DNA of 64,000 bases. Origin: Orbicella franksi. Lineage: Eukaryota. The notes below the pieces were generated by a model. It had not been told where the DNA came from, did not search any database, and saw only the letters and a list, made by a program, of their open reading frames with translations. Made by a program: the position numbers and the translations under genes. Positions 60,132 to 64,000 of this stretch are shown here, in pieces (the first letter of the stretch is position 1; every line of letters starts with the position of its first letter). Location: contig OZ116708.1 in the NCBI GenBank assembly GCA_964199315.1, forward strand, positions 9,548,001 to 9,612,000, given 5' to 3'.

Positions 60132-61499
60132 TTAATTAGTCGGCGTTTCTTTTGTGCCCTCATTCATTACCAACTTAGTACAGATAATGCCAGCCTCATT
60201 TGCAAGGGTTTTGACCGTTTCAAAATCATTCCATTGTATTTTGCGTCCTTTTCTAATGTCCACACCAACTTGTTTGTAATGTCGATCTAAAACTGTCAAA
60301 CAGTGGTTTTTCTTGTTACCAGTGCATGGTGTTTCACCCGGTGTGACCCTTTGAAGATCGTGGTAAAAAAGAACAAAGTTATTGGCACGTGAAACTGAAC
60401 TATTGGAGCACATGGCCTGCGGGTTTCCCGCTGCCTCGTGTGACAGACAGTAGCTAATGAAGACGTTTGGGGAAAGAGGCTCTTTTGCGTAAGGTACGTG
60501 GAAAGCCGTTTGCGGCTGGGACAGAATATCCTCTGTGTCTTCTGGTGTAATTTTGTGGCCGACTGGAAGCCGTCTATTGTAAGGTTTCAGCTCACTGCAT
60601 ATCTTTAGGTTCCAGTCGTATCGGTCTCTCTCGAAGAACCAAGCGTAACTAATCACTACACTGACTGGTGAGATGGAACTAGCACCATGGTATATCTTCT
60701 GAAAGGCTTCTTCAAAGTTAGTTGTATTAAATCTCTTTAGAATATACTCTCTGCAGTGCGTGAAAGTGTCGCGGTAGATGTAGACAGGAAAATACGTCAT
60801 GAAATCTGCGACCATCGGTAACCCAAGCGCCACTTTGGTGGCGTGGGCCCACGTTTTCACTTCGCTGACCTTCATAGAGCACTGAGACCCCAGGATGCGT
60901 ATCCTTGAACCGTTAAATATGGTTACTTTTGTCACTGGTGTCAGAAATGCGACATCGCTATCCATCCATGCCACAATACGGTCGGTTGTGTATAGATCAA
61001 TAAAGAAGCTGCTCCAGAGTTGGCGGTTGTAACCCGAAGAGTTTTTAGGACCTGGAAAATTTAAAATACTTTCGTCTTTGGGTAACGGCTCGTAGGCCAC
61101 CTCAAGTTTGCGATCCGGGAAGTGTTGCTTGATTTGACTTGTGAGGTTATTGGCAAAAATATGATCCTGATCGGATTCTCCATCAAAAACTACGACTGTC
61201 CTCCCAAACGATGCAGGCCAGAAGAGAACAGCAGTTCTGAAAAGATCACAGTAAAAACGAGTCTTGTGTTCTTGTACTTTGCCCGCCATCCTCACGAACA
61301 GTGTGATCGATGAGATGCTTACAGTTGGACTTAAGTTCTCCACGTAAACATGACCCCGATTTTCTTTAGGTCGATTTTCTTTAGCAGCGGTGTCGCTCTC
61401 GTACAGCACTCTAAAACTAAAAATAAAGCAGAATAGAGCGATAAATTTGAATCCATGCCCACACCCGAACCTTCCGATCCTCAAAAATATTGCTTGCAT
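60132..61499 (-). CDS. Intronless type II membrane protein, putative GT-A-fold glycosyltransferase-like (DxD motif), 455 aa
   Basis: Uninterrupted 455-aa ORF with an N-terminal signal anchor (FKFIALFCFIFSFRVLY), a stem region, VVVFD and AWMDSDVAFLTPV. The family is not assigned. Confidence 0.7.
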   Translation of the reverse strand: MQAIFLRIGRFGCGHGFKFIALFCFIFSFRVLYESDTAAKENRPKENRGHVYVENLSPTVSISSITLFVRMAGKVQEHKTRFYCDLFRTAVLFWPASFGRTVVVFDGESDQDHIFANNLTSQIKQHFPDRKLEVAYEPLPKDESILNFPGPKNSSGYNRQLWSSFFIDLYTTDRIVAWMDSDVAFLTPVTKVTIFNGSRIRILGSQCSMKVSEVKTWAHATKVALGLPMVADFMTYFPVYIYRDTFTHCREYILKRFNTTNFEEAFQKIYHGASSISPVSVVISYAWFFERDRYDWNLKICSELKPYNRRLPVGHKITPEDTEDILSQPQTAFHVPYAKEPLSPNVFISYCLSHEAAGNPQAMCSNSSVSRANNFVLFYHDLQRVTPGETPCTGNKKNHCLTVLDRHYKQVGVDIRKGRKIQWNDFETVKTLANEAGIICTKLVMNEGTKETPTN

Positions 61500-64000
61500 C
61501 TTTGAGCGTTTCCTCTGAAGAAATGATCAGAAGTTTGATGCCGCGCCAAGCAACCTTATCGACACCGCTTGAATGTGCGCTTAGAACGGGAGTCAACTCA
61601 CATGGAGTGCACGTGATAGAAGTTGCTTTAATAGTATTAAGAAACGAGGCAGATCTTCACATCGGAACGTGAGTCTTGTTAGCTAAGTCAAGAAATGAGT
61701 GTTCTGGAAAATTCTTGTAGACATCGGAGTCCATCAGAGGAATAAAGAGTCTAGTCCTATCTAACACTTTAGTGTCGAGATGCGGGAATTAATTTTAAAA
61801 ACTTGAAATGATCAACATGTCAGTACAACCTTCGATCGTCGCTATGACAAAGCTCAACGTTCGGGCTGCTAAGAATTACTGAAAAAAAAATCGGTTCACG
61901 GCCCCAAATAATCGGTCTCTCATTACTTTGTTTCCTTCACTGTAAAGATATTAAAATTGCCACGCGTGCAAAGGAAAATGGAAAAGAAAAAAAAAGAAGA
62001 AAACAATCTCATGCCTGCATTCTATAAAGGGGAGGAAACTCGTGAAAATTTACATTCTGTTTAATCATGAATTTGTATGGAGCTGATCATGAATTGCAAA
62101 TCTTGAAATTAAAGTTCAAGCCTTAATTTTTACTAGGTAAGTTTACATTGTAACCATAGTAATAGCGGAGCGCCGGGGGCACGAAGGACCGCCAAGCCGA
62201 GCACCGTAACTATAGGAGCTGAACCACATGCACGTATAGAAATAGAAAACCATGCAACTCTTTTTTCATGGTCAACATCGCTGGCGGCATGGATCGCGGA
62301 CGCGTGCGCCCTAAGAGGACGACGACGTCGCGCAACATGGCGGCCATAGTCCAGCAAGATCATGTTCTCGTGGTTAAAGTTTATTTCTTTACATTGGCCT
62401 GGGGTAGAGCGGCTTCTCCTGAAGGAGGCTGCATGGAAGAGATATAGGGCGCTGAAGAAGCAATTTCGCTGATTGACGTCTCTGTCCCATTGTGCTTGCT
62501 GGTGCTTGGTTTTTTATTTTTTTAAATTTTTTTTCATTTTATTTTATTTTATCGTGGCTGGCTAACTATTTTTTTTTGAAGTCGAATAACGCAACGCAGC
62601 GGGGGGGGGGGGGGGGGTGGGGGAGAGGTGGTGGTTAATTAAATAAATTTGTTACCGGTCCGCAAACAGTCATGTATCAATAAGTTAAGCGTTACATCAA
62701 CCAGTACAAAGTGGTGGAGTTTCGGAAAGGGAGACCATCTGAAAAATGTGCAGATTCCTCTTTTTAAGCTTTGCTTTGTTCTGTGCCTCACTAGTCGAAG
62801 GTTAGTCCTTTTGTATAAAACGTTATAGATTCATCCGAAGCATGCGTTCTCGTTATGTCTTCTCGACAGTATTACATAAGAAATGGCGACGGTCTTAGTA
62901 AACTACAATAAGGATGTAAAGCCACAATTTATAGCACCATTTTACTTTCAGGAGACTTGTAAAAGAAATACGAGGTGTTGAGTTCAAATAGCAAAGGCAC
63001 AAATTAACGACATTAATTAGCGCATATCATCAAACGCTTGAAAGAAATTTTTTCTTTTAAATTTCTAAATATCTGTTCATCGTATGGCTCGATTTTCATC
63101 CTTTTTGGGAGAACAGTTGTCATTTTAGAAAAAGGCTGGGAAATGATTAAATGTTTATACGAGTCTTGACAAATTTTCTGTGTACAATTCAAAAATATAG
63201 ATATAAGTTCTCCTAAGAAGAAACTGTGATATCCAAAGGTGCTTTTTTAAAAACAAAAATGAGCGCCTGCAGTTTTTCGTAGGAATCTCCGCTGAAATTA
63301 TACGAATCTTTTTTAAATAATTCAGCAAAACCTTTCGGAATGGTATTTTTGCAATGTTGGAAAATATGTTGAAAGACCTGAAAACGGAAGCTACACGCAA
63401 CAAATTCCGGCAGCGATTGGCTGTTAAAATATTTTCCGAAAAGATAAAAGTGTGTCTGCAAACTAAGTGAAGACTTGGCCTAGATTTATAAAGCGTTTAA
63501 CAGTCTCCTGGAGTTTAAGAATCTCTTGTTTTGTCTGTCTTAATAAACTACCAATTTTCTTTGCCAAACTGATTGCTGACATAATTGATACTTCGGTTGC
63601 ATTATTTTATTAAATAAATTTTGATATTTTAAATACCTAAATTTTAAAAAAGGAAAAACAATATTGCCATTTTAAGCTGCGATGAGTCTTTAAGCCAGTC
63701 AGGCAAAGTGATTGAGCTAGTAATAAGCGGACTCACTTTCGTTGTAAATATTTAATGATATAGTTATAAATATCCGCCGTGTTTACTGCTTTGTATTTGT
63801 TAATATAATCTACCAGTTGCAAACCACAGGAAGAGAAAAATCAAATTAACTCGTTTTAAAAAAGAAACAAACCAAAGCAAAACACAAAGGAAGCGAAAAG
63901 AACGAACAAAACAGACAAAGGAGACACTTCTAAAGAAAGACAAGGCAGCAGCAGGGTTCAACAATGACTAATACGATAGAGTTTATAGGTAAGTAACAGG

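Overview
AT-rich, intron-containing animal genomic DNA. The repeat landscape and gene content suggest a cnidarian, probably a stony coral; this is inference and was not checked against a database. Gene models were built by hand from GT-AG sites and reading-frame continuity. (1) A large multi-exon single-pass membrane protein gene (+, about 16073-27315, N-terminus not found) has an array of near-identical 62-aa phase-1 exons, a basic block, 24 copies of a 24-aa Asp/Glu/Ser-rich repeat, a second basic block, a TM helix and a roughly 250-aa cytoplasmic tail. (2) The 3' end of a tandem paralog lies about 25.2 kb upstream (1-2986). (3) Two SLC35A nucleotide-sugar transporter genes sit head-to-head (SLC35A2-like on -, a diverged paralog on +). 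(4) The remaining genes are MORN5 (-), a small secreted protein (+) and an intronless DxD-motif glycosyltransferase-like type II membrane protein (-). Mobile DNA includes a decayed CR1/L2-type LINE, a decayed Crypton-like element, a Penelope-like fragment with inverted pLTRs and hammerhead-like motifs, a 2-kb foldback element, several MITEs and SINE remnants. No rRNA, true tRNA or CRISPR array was seen.
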